Shown piece by piece: positions 18,199 through 26,527 of a stretch of DNA of 36,908 nucleotides. Each line of letters opens with the position of its first letter. Within the stretch, counting starts at the first letter, position 1. The notes under the pieces are model-generated. The model was not told the DNA's origin. It did not search any database and saw only the letters and a list, made by a program, of their open reading frames with translations. Origin of the DNA: Gemmatimonadales bacterium (GTDB taxonomy: Bacteria; Gemmatimonadota; Gemmatimonadetes; Gemmatimonadales; GWC2-71-9); NCBI GenBank assembly GCA_036741755.1, contig DAINRP010000002.1, positions 1 through 36,908 on the forward strand, given 5' to 3'. Position numbers and translations under genes: made by a program.

Positions 18199-20109
18199 TC
18201 AGGTACCCGGCAGTTCCTCGCCCTCGAGGTAGGTATAGCCTTCGAGGCCCGCGACGTAGTCGGCGATGAACTGGTTGGCGTCACTCCGGGAGAGGTCCTT
18301 GGCGTTGGTGACCTTCCTCCGGAAGGTGGTCAGCAGGTCGGCCGGCTGAAACTGCACGTAGTTCAGCACTTCGGTCACCGTGTCCCCATGGACCATGTCG
18401 GTGATCTCGTAACCGGCGTCGGTCAGGCGCACGTGGACCGCGTTGGTATCCCCGAAGAGATTGTGCAAGTCGCCCAGGATCTCCTGATAGGCGCCCGTCA
18501 GGAAGATGCCGAGCAGATAGGGTTCGTCGTCACGGACGGGGTGGAGTTCGAGGGACGGCTTTCCCTTGCGGCCGCCGACGAAGCGATCGATGACACCGTC
18601 GGAATCGCAGGTGATATCCTGGATGGTGCCCCGCCGAGTGGGCTGCTCGTCGAGCCGGTGGATTGGCATGATCGGGAACAGCTGATCGATGGCCCAGTTG
18701 TCCGGCAGGGACTGGAACACCGAGAAGTTGCAGAAGTAGCGGTCAACGAGCGTGGCCTCAAGATCCGACCAGATCTCCGGGTGCTCCCCCTTCTCCGATT
18801 CGACCAGCCGCGCGAGCTGGTTCATGGTCGCGAGGTAGAGCTGCTCGGCGTTGGCCCGGTCTCGCAGGGTGAGCACCCCGCTGGCGAAGAGTTCCTGTGC
18901 CCGCTCCTTGCCGAAACTGGCGTCGTGGTGCACCTCCTCGAGCCGCTCGGCGCCGATCGACTCGAGGTTCTCCTTCAGCTCGACGAGCAGCGGATGCGGA
19001 TCCGCGCCGAGCTCGGGGATCTGCGGATCGCTCTGCGACTCCACGTCGGTGACGTTGACCAGCAGCAGCGAGTGGTGGGCGGTGATGGCCCGGCCGGATT
19101 CGGAGATGAGGTGCGGCATGGGGACGCCCTCGGATCGGCAGACCGTCCCGAGGGTGTACACGACGTCGTTGGCGTACTCCCGCATCGAGTAGTTCATGCT
19201 CGCCGGACGGGTCGAGCGGGAGCCGTCGTAGTCCACGCCGAGTCCGCCACCCACGTCGACGTGGGTGAGGGCGAAGCCCATCTTCCGGAGTTCGACGTAG
19301 AAGCGGCCGATCTCCTCGAGGCCCGCCTTGATGAACTGGATGTCGGTGATCTGGCTGCCGAGGTGGAAATGCACCAGGCGCAGCACATCCTTGCGGCCTG
19401 CGGCTTCCAGCTTGTCGAGGACCTTCATCAGCTCCATGGCCGAGAGCCCGAACTTGGACTTCTCGCCACCGCTCTTGGCCCAGCGGCCCGACCCCTCCGT
19501 GGCCAGCTTGATGCGCACGCCCATCGTCGGGGTGATGCCGAGTTCGTCGGCCACCTTGAGGAAGGTGTCCACCTCGGAGAGCTGCTCGATGACGACGAAC
19601 ACCTTGTGCCCGAGCTTCTGGCCCATCAGGGCCAGCCGCATGTACTCCTCGTCCTTGTAGCCGTTGCAGACGATGATGTGATCGGTGCTCTCGGTAATGC
19701 CGAGCACGGCCTGAAGCTCCGGCTTGGAGCCGCACTCGAGCCCCACGCCATGTACCGAACCGAACTCCACGATCTCCTGCACGACGTGGCGCTGCTGGTT
19801 CACCTTGATCGGGTAGACCGTGGTGTAGGCGCCATCGTAGCCGAATTCGGTGATGGCATTCTGGAACTGGGTGGCGAGGGCCTGGATGCGCGCTCGCAGA
19901 ATGTCCGAGAAGCGGAGCAGGAGCGGCAGGCCGACGCCCTGCGCGTTCAGGTCGGTGGCCAGCTGATAGAGATCGAGCCCGCGCTTGGGATTGCCGTCCG
20001 GGTGGACGGTCACCCGGCCTTCGGGACTCACCCGGAAGAAGCCGAGCCCCCAGCCCTGCATGTTGTACAGCTTCTCCGAGTCCTTGACGGACCAGTGATT
20101 CGGGGCGAT
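18199..20109 (-). CDS. speA: Biosynthetic arginine decarboxylase
   Basis: Full-length SpeA similarity (YPIKVNQQRHVV, HFHLGSQI, GGGLGVDYDG...). The first ATG is at 20061. However, the conserved N-terminal motif HWSVKDSEKLYNMQGWGLGFF begins upstream of it. The 5' end given here assumes the ATC at 20107-20109 preceded by GGAGG. The conservative call is 18199..20061. Confidence 0.9.
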   Translation of the reverse strand: MAPNHWSVKDSEKLYNMQGWGLGFFRVSPEGRVTVHPDGNPKRGLDLYQLATDLNAQGVGLPLLLRFSDILRARIQALATQFQNAITEFGYDGAYTTVYPIKVNQQRHVVQEIVEFGSVHGVGLECGSKPELQAVLGITESTDHIIVCNGYKDEEYMRLALMGQKLGHKVFVVIEQLSEVDTFLKVADELGITPTMGVRIKLATEGSGRWAKSGGEKSKFGLSAMELMKVLDKLEAAGRKDVLRLVHFHLGSQITDIQFIKAGLEEIGRFYVELRKMGFALTHVDVGGGLGVDYDGSRSTRPASMNYSMREYANDVVYTLGTVCRSEGVPMPHLISESGRAITAHHSLLLVNVTDVESQSDPQIPELGADPHPLLVELKENLESIGAERLEEVHHDASFGKERAQELFASGVLTLRDRANAEQLYLATMNQLARLVESEKGEHPEIWSDLEATLVDRYFCNFSVFQSLPDNWAIDQLFPIMPIHRLDEQPTRRGTIQDITCDSDGVIDRFVGGRKGKPSLELHPVRDDEPYLLGIFLTGAYQEILGDLHNLFGDTNAVHVRLTDAGYEITDMVHGDTVTEVLNYVQFQPADLLTTFRRKVTNAKDLSRSDANQFIADYVAGLEGYTYLEGEELPGT

Positions 20110-20355
20110 GGCCGGCCTCCGGGGCGCGCGGTGAGGGGGGAAATTGTAGTGGAGGAGGGGGTGCAGAGAAAGTAGGGGCGACGGGCCGCTCCGGCTGTGG
20201 CGGTTCCAGCCTCAAGGTTTGCGGGCATCGGCCGATAGTCCATGCAACCTCGGACATAGCCCTCAGGGGCCCCAGACGGCCGGTCTGGGTGATGAATCCG
20301 GCCTGAAGACCCGAACGCGGCAACGCGCGCGGGTTTTCTGTTTACTATTCCGACC

Positions 20356-21444
20356 ATGTCATGGTCGTTTCGCATCGCCCGCATAATGGGCACCGACGTG
20401 AAGGTGCATGTCACCTTCCTTCTCCTGCCGCTCTTCTACGCCGCCGCAGGCTACCAGTCCGGCGGAACGGACGGGGCGCTGTACCAGGTTGCCCTCACGG
20501 TGTCGGTGTTTGCATGTGTGCTGCTGCATGAGTTCGGGCATATCCTGATGGCCCGCCGCTTCGGGATCCGGACTCCAGACGTGATCCTGCTGCCGATCGG
20601 CGGGCTGGCCAGGCTGGAGAGGCTGCCAGAGAAGCCACGACAGGAGTTCTGGATCGCCCTCGCCGGCCCGGTGGTGACCCTCATCATCGCCTTGGGACTG
20701 TGGGCCGGCCTGGCCCTCACCGGTCCGCTGGTCGTGCCGGATGAGGGTGAGATCGGCGGCAGGTCATTGCTGGCAATGCTCGCGGTGATCAACGCCTTCC
20801 TGCTGGGTTTCAACCTCATCCCGGCCTATCCGATGGACGGCGGTCGGGTGTTCCGGGCGATCCTGGCCTCGCGGCTCGGGATGGTGAAGGCGACCCGTAT
20901 CGCGGCCCGGGTCGGCCGGACGATCGCAATCGGCGGCGGGGCCTGGGCCCTGTTCGCCCCGCAGCCGCAACCGATGCTCGTATTGATCGCGATCTTCATC
21001 TTCCTTGCGGCGGGCCAGGAAGCGTCGATGGTCGAGACCCGGGCCGCGGGACGCGGCATCATCGTCGACCAGATGATGATCACGCGCTTCGTGACGATTC
21101 CGGTGTATGGCACCCTGCGCCAGGCGGTGGATCTGCTGCTCGAGGGCGAACAGCGCGAATTCCCGGTCGTGGACAACGCCGGGGCACTCGAGGGCCTCCT
21201 GACGCGGGACCTTCTCATCCGCTCGCTGACCGACCACGGCCCCGACGCCCCCGTCAGTCAGGCAATGGTCCGTACGGTACCGAAGCTCCCCCTCGGGATG
21301 AGCTTCGATGATGCCCTCGGCCGCCTCCGCGCGAGTGGCCTCCCCGCGCTGCCGGTCGTGGATGCCACGGGGCGCCTGGCGGGGCTGCTGACGCTCGACA
21401 ACATCACCGACCTGATCATGGTCCGTCAGGCGGTCGCGAAGTAA
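20356..21444 (+). CDS. Site-2 protease family (M50) zinc metalloprotease with a C-terminal CBS pair
   Basis: HEFGH zinc motif in a TM helix, then NLIPAYPMDGGR (the NxxPxxxxDG motif), then two CBS-like repeats. Confidence 0.85.
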   Translation: MSWSFRIARIMGTDVKVHVTFLLLPLFYAAAGYQSGGTDGALYQVALTVSVFACVLLHEFGHILMARRFGIRTPDVILLPIGGLARLERLPEKPRQEFWIALAGPVVTLIIALGLWAGLALTGPLVVPDEGEIGGRSLLAMLAVINAFLLGFNLIPAYPMDGGRVFRAILASRLGMVKATRIAARVGRTIAIGGGAWALFAPQPQPMLVLIAIFIFLAAGQEASMVETRAAGRGIIVDQMMITRFVTIPVYGTLRQAVDLLLEGEQREFPVVDNAGALEGLLTRDLLIRSLTDHGPDAPVSQAMVRTVPKLPLGMSFDDALGRLRASGLPALPVVDATGRLAGLLTLDNITDLIMVRQAVAK

Positions 21445-21486
21445 TCCCGCCAGCTCCCGGCCCCTCCATCCGGATTTCGATCGGTC

Positions 21487-22599
21487 ATGCGCGACGCCAC
21501 CCGTGTTCTCAAGGCCGGACTTCCCGCTCCCTCGCCGGGGGGACCGTTCCTGCCCGGCCCTACCTTCGCGGGTGCGTTCCACGCCGCAGGTGATCCCGCC
21601 GACTCCCCCTTTACCTACGGCCGGTTCCACAACCCGACCTGGTCCCTGTTCGAAGCGGCACTGGAAGAGTTGGAGGGTGGTCCCGCGCTGGTCTTTGCGT
21701 CGGGGATGGCCGCAGCGACCGCTGTGTTCGCCACGGTGCTGAAGCGGGGCGACGTGCTCGCGCTGCCCTCGGATTCCTACTACACCTGCCGACTGGTCGC
21801 CCAGAACTCCTTCGCGGAGCAGGGCATCGAGATCCGGATGGCACCGACGCCCGGCAACGGACAGCTCGCCACGCTCGCGGGCGCGAAGCTGCTCTGGATC
21901 GAGTCGCCCTCGAACCCAGGGGTAGAGGTCTGCGACATCCGGGTGCTGGTGGAGGCGGCGCACGCGGAAGGTGCATTGGTGGCCGTCGATAACACCACCG
22001 CGACCGCGCTCTCGCAGCAGCCGCTCGCCCTCGGGGCAGATCTGTCGGTCGCCTCGGACACCAAGGCGCTGACCGGCCACTCCGACCTCATCCTTGGCCA
22101 TGTTGCGGCACGCGACCCCGCCCTGCTCGAACAGATCCGCACCTGGCGCACTCGCTTCGGCGCGGTGGCGGGTCCGATGGAGGTGTGGCTGGCCCACCGC
22201 TCGCTCGGCACGCTGGAGATGCGGCTGGAGCGGCAGAGCGCCAACGCCATCGCGGTCGCGCGGCTGCTGGCGCAGCACCCTGCGGTGCAGGCGGTGCGGT
22301 ATCCAGGGCTCACCGGAGATCCGGGTCATGCCATCGCTCGGCGGCAGATGGCCCGGTTCGGTTCGGTGCTCAACTTCACCCTGGGCAGCAAGGCGGCGGC
22401 GGAGCGGTTCTTCGCGGCGACAGCCCTGGTGTACGAGGCCACCAGCTTCGGTGGCCTGCATACCACCGCCGAGCGCAGGGCGCGGTGGGGTGGGGACCCG
22501 GTGCCGGAAGGGTATGTCCGGATGAGCGTGGGTTGTGAGGCGATCGAGGATCTTCTGGAGGATCTTGCGGCAGGGCTGGATGCCGCTGGCCCCGGATGA
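21487..22599 (+). CDS. PLP-dependent cystathionine gamma-lyase/gamma-synthase family enzyme
   Basis: Cys/Met-metabolism PLP family pattern: SGMAAATAV, DNTTATA, PLP lysine in SDTKALTGHSD, and GGLHTTAER near the C-terminus. Confidence 0.85.
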   Translation: MRDATRVLKAGLPAPSPGGPFLPGPTFAGAFHAAGDPADSPFTYGRFHNPTWSLFEAALEELEGGPALVFASGMAAATAVFATVLKRGDVLALPSDSYYTCRLVAQNSFAEQGIEIRMAPTPGNGQLATLAGAKLLWIESPSNPGVEVCDIRVLVEAAHAEGALVAVDNTTATALSQQPLALGADLSVASDTKALTGHSDLILGHVAARDPALLEQIRTWRTRFGAVAGPMEVWLAHRSLGTLEMRLERQSANAIAVARLLAQHPAVQAVRYPGLTGDPGHAIARRQMARFGSVLNFTLGSKAAAERFFAATALVYEATSFGGLHTTAERRARWGGDPVPEGYVRMSVGCEAIEDLLEDLAAGLDAAGPG

Positions 22600-22614
22600 A
22601 TCGGGGCCCACAGG

Positions 22615-23490
22615 TTATGAGCCCGGCGAACCCCGTAGCACGGGCCGAGTCAGGCAGGTCGGTCCGCCTTCGGCCTTGAGCGAGATGTCGGTGCCACGAT
22701 AGGTCTGGACCGTACATCCCGCGGCCTCGAGCCGGGCCCTGGTCACCGGGTTTCCATCCAGCATCAGACAGTGCCGCGGTGCAAGGGCCAGCACGTTCGA
22801 TCCCATCGTCAGGAATTCTCCCTCCGGCACCACGATCATCCCGATCCCCCGCTCCTGAAGGAGCTGGTAGAACGGCACCGCCATGAGCGGCGGGTAGACG
22901 ACAGCCAGGTCGTCGGCGACCATGCTGATCAGCGACATCAGGTGCAGGCAGGCGTCCGGTCCGGTGTAGTATGGCAGCTCGACCGTGACAACCCGAACCT
23001 CCGGTCCCAGGGCCTCGCGCAGCTGCTCCACACCCGCGGCGTTGGTCCGATACCCCAGCCCGACGGCCAGGGTCCGCTCATCGAGCCAGAGGCAGTCGCC
23101 GCCTTCGCCGAGCGCGTCACCGTGGAGCCGGTAGTGGATGGGAATCCCGGCCCGTTCGAGGCAGCGGCCGATCGCCTCCTCCTCGCCGCGCCGGAGCGGC
23201 TTGCCCATCCGCATGAGGATCGCGCCCTGCCGGGTGATCAACACGGGGTCGTGCACGTAGATCGCGTCGGCGAGTCCGCTGAGCGGAGCATCGTGCATGA
23301 TCACTTCGGCGCCGGACTCGGTGAGGATCCGCACCAGCGCCTGGTGCTCCGCCGTCGCGGCCGTGAGTTCGGGCCGGGCGGTGTAGTGCCAGGCGACGGG
23401 ATCGGCGTTGCCGAAGGCCGCGTCGGGGGCCCGGACCACCACCCGCCGGAGCGGGGCGACCATGGACTGGGCGCCGAAGGTTGGAGGCAT
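22615..23490 (-). CDS. Dimethylarginine dimethylaminohydrolase/arginine deiminase-like (guanidino-group modifying enzyme superfamily)
   Basis: C-terminal catalytic Cys context EGGPTCLTRP, GGDCLWLDERTLAVGLGYRTN, and overall DDAH-like length. The track start at 23493 is a TTG immediately before the ATG at 23490. Confidence 0.75.
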   Translation of the reverse strand: MPPTFGAQSMVAPLRRVVVRAPDAAFGNADPVAWHYTARPELTAATAEHQALVRILTESGAEVIMHDAPLSGLADAIYVHDPVLITRQGAILMRMGKPLRRGEEEAIGRCLERAGIPIHYRLHGDALGEGGDCLWLDERTLAVGLGYRTNAAGVEQLREALGPEVRVVTVELPYYTGPDACLHLMSLISMVADDLAVVYPPLMAVPFYQLLQERGIGMIVVPEGEFLTMGSNVLALAPRHCLMLDGNPVTRARLEAAGCTVQTYRGTDISLKAEGGPTCLTRPVLRGSPGS

Positions 23491-23543
23491 CAAGCGTCTC
23501 GATTAGGCGATGGTGATGGCGGACGTCGGTGGCAGCGGATACT

Positions 23544-23963
23544 TCAGATGCTGCCCAGCTCTTCCAGCAGGCGCGGTCCCGGCTGGCGCGGACGTTCGAA
23601 GTACCACCAGTTGTGTTCTTCGGTCCAGCCTTCGTCGTCCGCGACGATGCCGCCCCAGAGGCAGCGCCCCGCCGGGACGAGGTTGAGCCGGACCCGCATA
23701 TCGGCATCGTGGACGCGGGGCAGGAAGGCGTTGCGGACCTCTTCGGGCGCGAGCTCGAGCGCGTTCTCCAGCAGCTGCCGCCCGTCCATGTCATTCAGGT
23801 AGTCGTCGAGCGTGAGGTTGTAGCCCTCGAGCACCTGCGCCACGACGCGCTCCCAGTTCTCCACCAGCCCGCGCAGACCCTGCGCCACCACCGAGTAGGG
23901 AGCGCCGCTGCGCCGCAGGTAATCACGAACCGGATCGTTGGGGCCTGAGCTGCGCGAATTCAT
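23544..23963 (-). CDS. Hypothetical acidic cytoplasmic protein (candidate immunity or partner protein)
   Basis: 139 aa with no signal peptide, D/E-rich and Trp-rich (EGWTEEHNWWYFERP). Its ATG overlaps the stop of the upstream ORF (ATGA). Confidence 0.55.
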   Translation of the reverse strand: MNSRSSGPNDPVRDYLRRSGAPYSVVAQGLRGLVENWERVVAQVLEGYNLTLDDYLNDMDGRQLLENALELAPEEVRNAFLPRVHDADMRVRLNLVPAGRCLWGGIVADDEGWTEEHNWWYFERPRQPGPRLLEELGSI

Positions 23964-24421
23964 GGACCGCTGTGTCCCCGCTTGAGCTGCCGCTGGTAAT
24001 AGGCTTCGCCGTCGTTCGGCCGGAAGAAGGTACGGATGATGCCGTCCCGGTCAAAGGCCAGGAAGGCCCCACCGCCCCGGTCGAACCGCGTCACCACGCC
24101 ATCCGCGCGGACCGACTCGAGGATGTCACCGCCCGCGGGCCGATCGCGCAGCCTCTGCGCCGCGCGGAGATACTCCTCGATGGTGATGCGACCGAACTCC
24201 GCGCCGTGCTTCTGGTAGTGCTCCGCAAGATGGCTGCGATCCCGGAAGCCGATCTCCGGTCGGGTCACCGTCGAAGGCGCGCTGGGCGCGGATCCCTCGA
24301 CCGGCGCAGTGGCGGCCGGCACTGGCGTGTCGGCCGGCGCGGTCCGCCCCCGCTGACTCAGCCAAGCGGCGCCCGCCGCGAGGAGCAGGAGGACGAGGCG
24401 CACCAGGCTCCGGGTGTTCAT
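23960..24421 (-). CDS. Small secreted protein with an HxxKH...TFFRP domain (candidate RNase-like toxin module)
   Basis: 153 aa with a signal/anchor sequence LVRLVLLLLAAGAAW and a Pro/Ala/Thr linker. A domain of about 95 aa follows: HLAEHYQKHGAEFG...EEYLRAAQRL...GIIRTFFRPNDGEAYYQRQ. Its ATG overlaps the M1 peptidase stop (ATGA). Confidence 0.6.
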   Translation of the reverse strand: MNTRSLVRLVLLLLAAGAAWLSQRGRTAPADTPVPAATAPVEGSAPSAPSTVTRPEIGFRDRSHLAEHYQKHGAEFGRITIEEYLRAAQRLRDRPAGGDILESVRADGVVTRFDRGGGAFLAFDRDGIIRTFFRPNDGEAYYQRQLKRGHSGP

Positions 24422-26319
24422 CGTGCCCAGAGGTTATTCCCGCGGTCGATGTCCGGCATCGCTTCATTGGGATCGACCGTCACCCTGACCACTCTGTCGC
24501 GGCCGCGGTGGCGGAAGGTGAATCTGGGCCCGAGGTTCCACATGTCCGCCGGGAGCCGGGTAACGCGCCCGTTCGGCGTCCCGTCGGTGTCCACCATCTG
24601 CAGCTCGATGACCAGCGGCATCACCATGGTACCGCGATTGGAGAGGTAGATCTCCGTCAGGCTGTCGCTCGGGGTGCGCACCGAGTCGATCGCCTGGTCG
24701 AGCCGCGCAGTGGTGTAGATCCAGCCGCGGAAGAACCAGTCGAGGTCCATGCCCGACTGGTCGCGCATGACGCGGATGAAATCGGCCGGCGTCGGGTGCT
24801 TGAAGGCCCACGCGCGGAGATACTCCCGGAAGGCGGGGTCGAACCGCTCCTGGCCGAGCACCTCGTAGCGGAGCTGCTGCAGCATCAGCGCCGGTTTCTG
24901 ATAGCCGGTCCAGAACAGATCGCGGGACTCGACCGGGCGGGTAATCATCGGCTGCTCGAGGCCCGGCACGGCGTGGTCGGCGTAGAGGTGGAGCGGGTGC
25001 ACCTCGATCGAATCGCCGTAGGGCGTGCCGGTGAAGTAGCGCGCGGCGTTGGCGAGATCGATGAAGGTGTTGAAGCCCTCGTCCATCCAGGGATAGAGCC
25101 GCTCGTTCGAGCCGACGACCATCGGCAGCCACTGGTGGCCGAGTTCGTGGGCGAGCACCCACTGCAGGTCGACGCGTGTCGGGCCCGCCGGATCGAAGGT
25201 CATCATGGGATACTCCATGCCTTCGACCGGGCCTTCGATGCTCGAGATGTGCGGATAGGGATAGTGGTACCACTGCTGGCTGTAGAAGCGGACCGCGTCG
25301 TGCACGATCGCGTTCGCCTCGTGCCAGAGCGTCGCGGTCGGCCGGTAGAAGGTGTGGATGTAGATCCCCTGCCAGCCGCTCGCGTCCCACTGGAAGTTGG
25401 GCGCCGCCGCGAACGCGAAATCACGCACGCTGTCGGCCGTGAAGCGCCAGGTGAATGTGGCGGGCCCTGCCGGGCGGGTGCGGCCGCGAACGCCGGCTTC
25501 ATCCTTCGTGATGATCGCGATCGCGGAGTCCGATGTCCGGGCACGCGCGAGCCGGGCCCGCTGCGTCGCGGTCAGCACCTCCAGCGGATTGCGCAGCACG
25601 CCGGTGGCCGCAACGATGAAGTTCGCCGGCACGGTGACCGCGACATCGAAGGCCCCGTATTCCAGGTAGAACTCTCCCGCGCCGATGTAGGGCTCGTGGT
25701 TCCAGCCTTTCACGTCATCGTAGACCGCCATGCGGGGATACCACTGGCCGAACTCGTACAGCGATCCGTCATGGCCCATCCGCCCGCTGCCGAAGGCGGG
25801 CACCTTGAAGCGCCAGGCCGCGTTGATGTCCATCGCCATCCCCGGGGCGAGCGGCCGCGCGAGGTCGACCCGCATCGTGGTGCCGTAGACCGTGTGCGCC
25901 AGCGGCCGGCCGAGCGAGGTGAGCGACTCGAGCACCAGCCCGCCCCCGGCGACGGTACAGGAGAAATCGAACGCCGTGCCGAGGAAGACGAGCGGCGGCT
26001 GATCGAGCATGCTGGTGAGATTGCCGGGCGCGCAGATGTTCTGCTCGACATGCATCCAGAGATACGGCAGCGTGTCAGGCGACCGGTTCACATAGTGGAT
26101 CGTCTCCCGGCCGATGAGCGTTCCCGTGACCGTGTCCAGGGTGGCGCGGATGCGATAGTCCACCCGCTGCTGCCAGTACCCGGCGCCGGGTTTGCCCGAC
26201 CCGGTGCGGACCGCGGTCGGCGTCGGCAGGCCGAGGGGGCGGAAGGGGGAGCTGTCGGCCACTTGAGCGGCGAGCGGCGCGGCGGAAAGAGCGAGGACGG
26301 TCGCGATCTGGAGGCGCAT
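24418..26319 (-). CDS. M1 family zinc metallopeptidase (secreted)
   Basis: HELGH-x18-E zinc site (HELGHQWLPMVVGSNERLYPWMDEGF) and a GMEYP exopeptidase-like motif. I place the start at the ATG at 26319 (MRLQIATVLALSAAPLAAQ signal peptide). The upstream 172 codons of the track ORF look non-coding. Confidence 0.85.
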   Translation of the reverse strand: MRLQIATVLALSAAPLAAQVADSSPFRPLGLPTPTAVRTGSGKPGAGYWQQRVDYRIRATLDTVTGTLIGRETIHYVNRSPDTLPYLWMHVEQNICAPGNLTSMLDQPPLVFLGTAFDFSCTVAGGGLVLESLTSLGRPLAHTVYGTTMRVDLARPLAPGMAMDINAAWRFKVPAFGSGRMGHDGSLYEFGQWYPRMAVYDDVKGWNHEPYIGAGEFYLEYGAFDVAVTVPANFIVAATGVLRNPLEVLTATQRARLARARTSDSAIAIITKDEAGVRGRTRPAGPATFTWRFTADSVRDFAFAAAPNFQWDASGWQGIYIHTFYRPTATLWHEANAIVHDAVRFYSQQWYHYPYPHISSIEGPVEGMEYPMMTFDPAGPTRVDLQWVLAHELGHQWLPMVVGSNERLYPWMDEGFNTFIDLANAARYFTGTPYGDSIEVHPLHLYADHAVPGLEQPMITRPVESRDLFWTGYQKPALMLQQLRYEVLGQERFDPAFREYLRAWAFKHPTPADFIRVMRDQSGMDLDWFFRGWIYTTARLDQAIDSVRTPSDSLTEIYLSNRGTMVMPLVIELQMVDTDGTPNGRVTRLPADMWNLGPRFTFRHRGRDRVVRVTVDPNEAMPDIDRGNNLWAR

Positions 26320-26499
26320 GGGTCGCAAGGGAACCGTGCATGGGTGGGACGGGCGGGACCTCGCGGAACGGGGAGAAGATACCCCGCATGACACGCCCCG
26401 GTAGGGGCGCCCGGCTCGCGGGGTTCCGGGGATCGCCCTGAATGGGGTGGAACGCATCGGGCCAGGCCGAGTACGCGAGCATGACCGGGGCATCCAACC

Positions 26500-26505
26500 T
26501 ATAAT
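26500..26505 (+). promoter_or_regulatory. Perfect TATAAT -10 hexamer upstream of the SRPBCC-epimerase gene
   Basis: TATAAT in otherwise GC-rich DNA, 22 nt before the ATG at 26528, with GGGAGAA between them. No convincing -35. Confidence 0.3.
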
Positions 26506-26527
26506 CCGCCATGGGAGAACCACGGCC

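Noticed and set aside
18172-20175. 667-aa plus-strand ORF, and the 521-aa minus-strand ORF 18758..20323, overlapping speA
   Set aside because: Both overlap the clearly homologous speA frame. Their low-complexity composition (G/D/E/V/L/H or R/P/G/A) and the absence of motifs mark them as shadow ORFs.
20131-20185. G-rich plus-strand tract (GGGGGG..GGAGGAGGGGG..GGGG..GGG) as a potential G-quadruplex
   Set aside because: The loops between G-runs exceed the usual 7 nt, and the tract is on the non-template side of the speA leader. It is more simply described as a pyrimidine-rich speA 5' leader.
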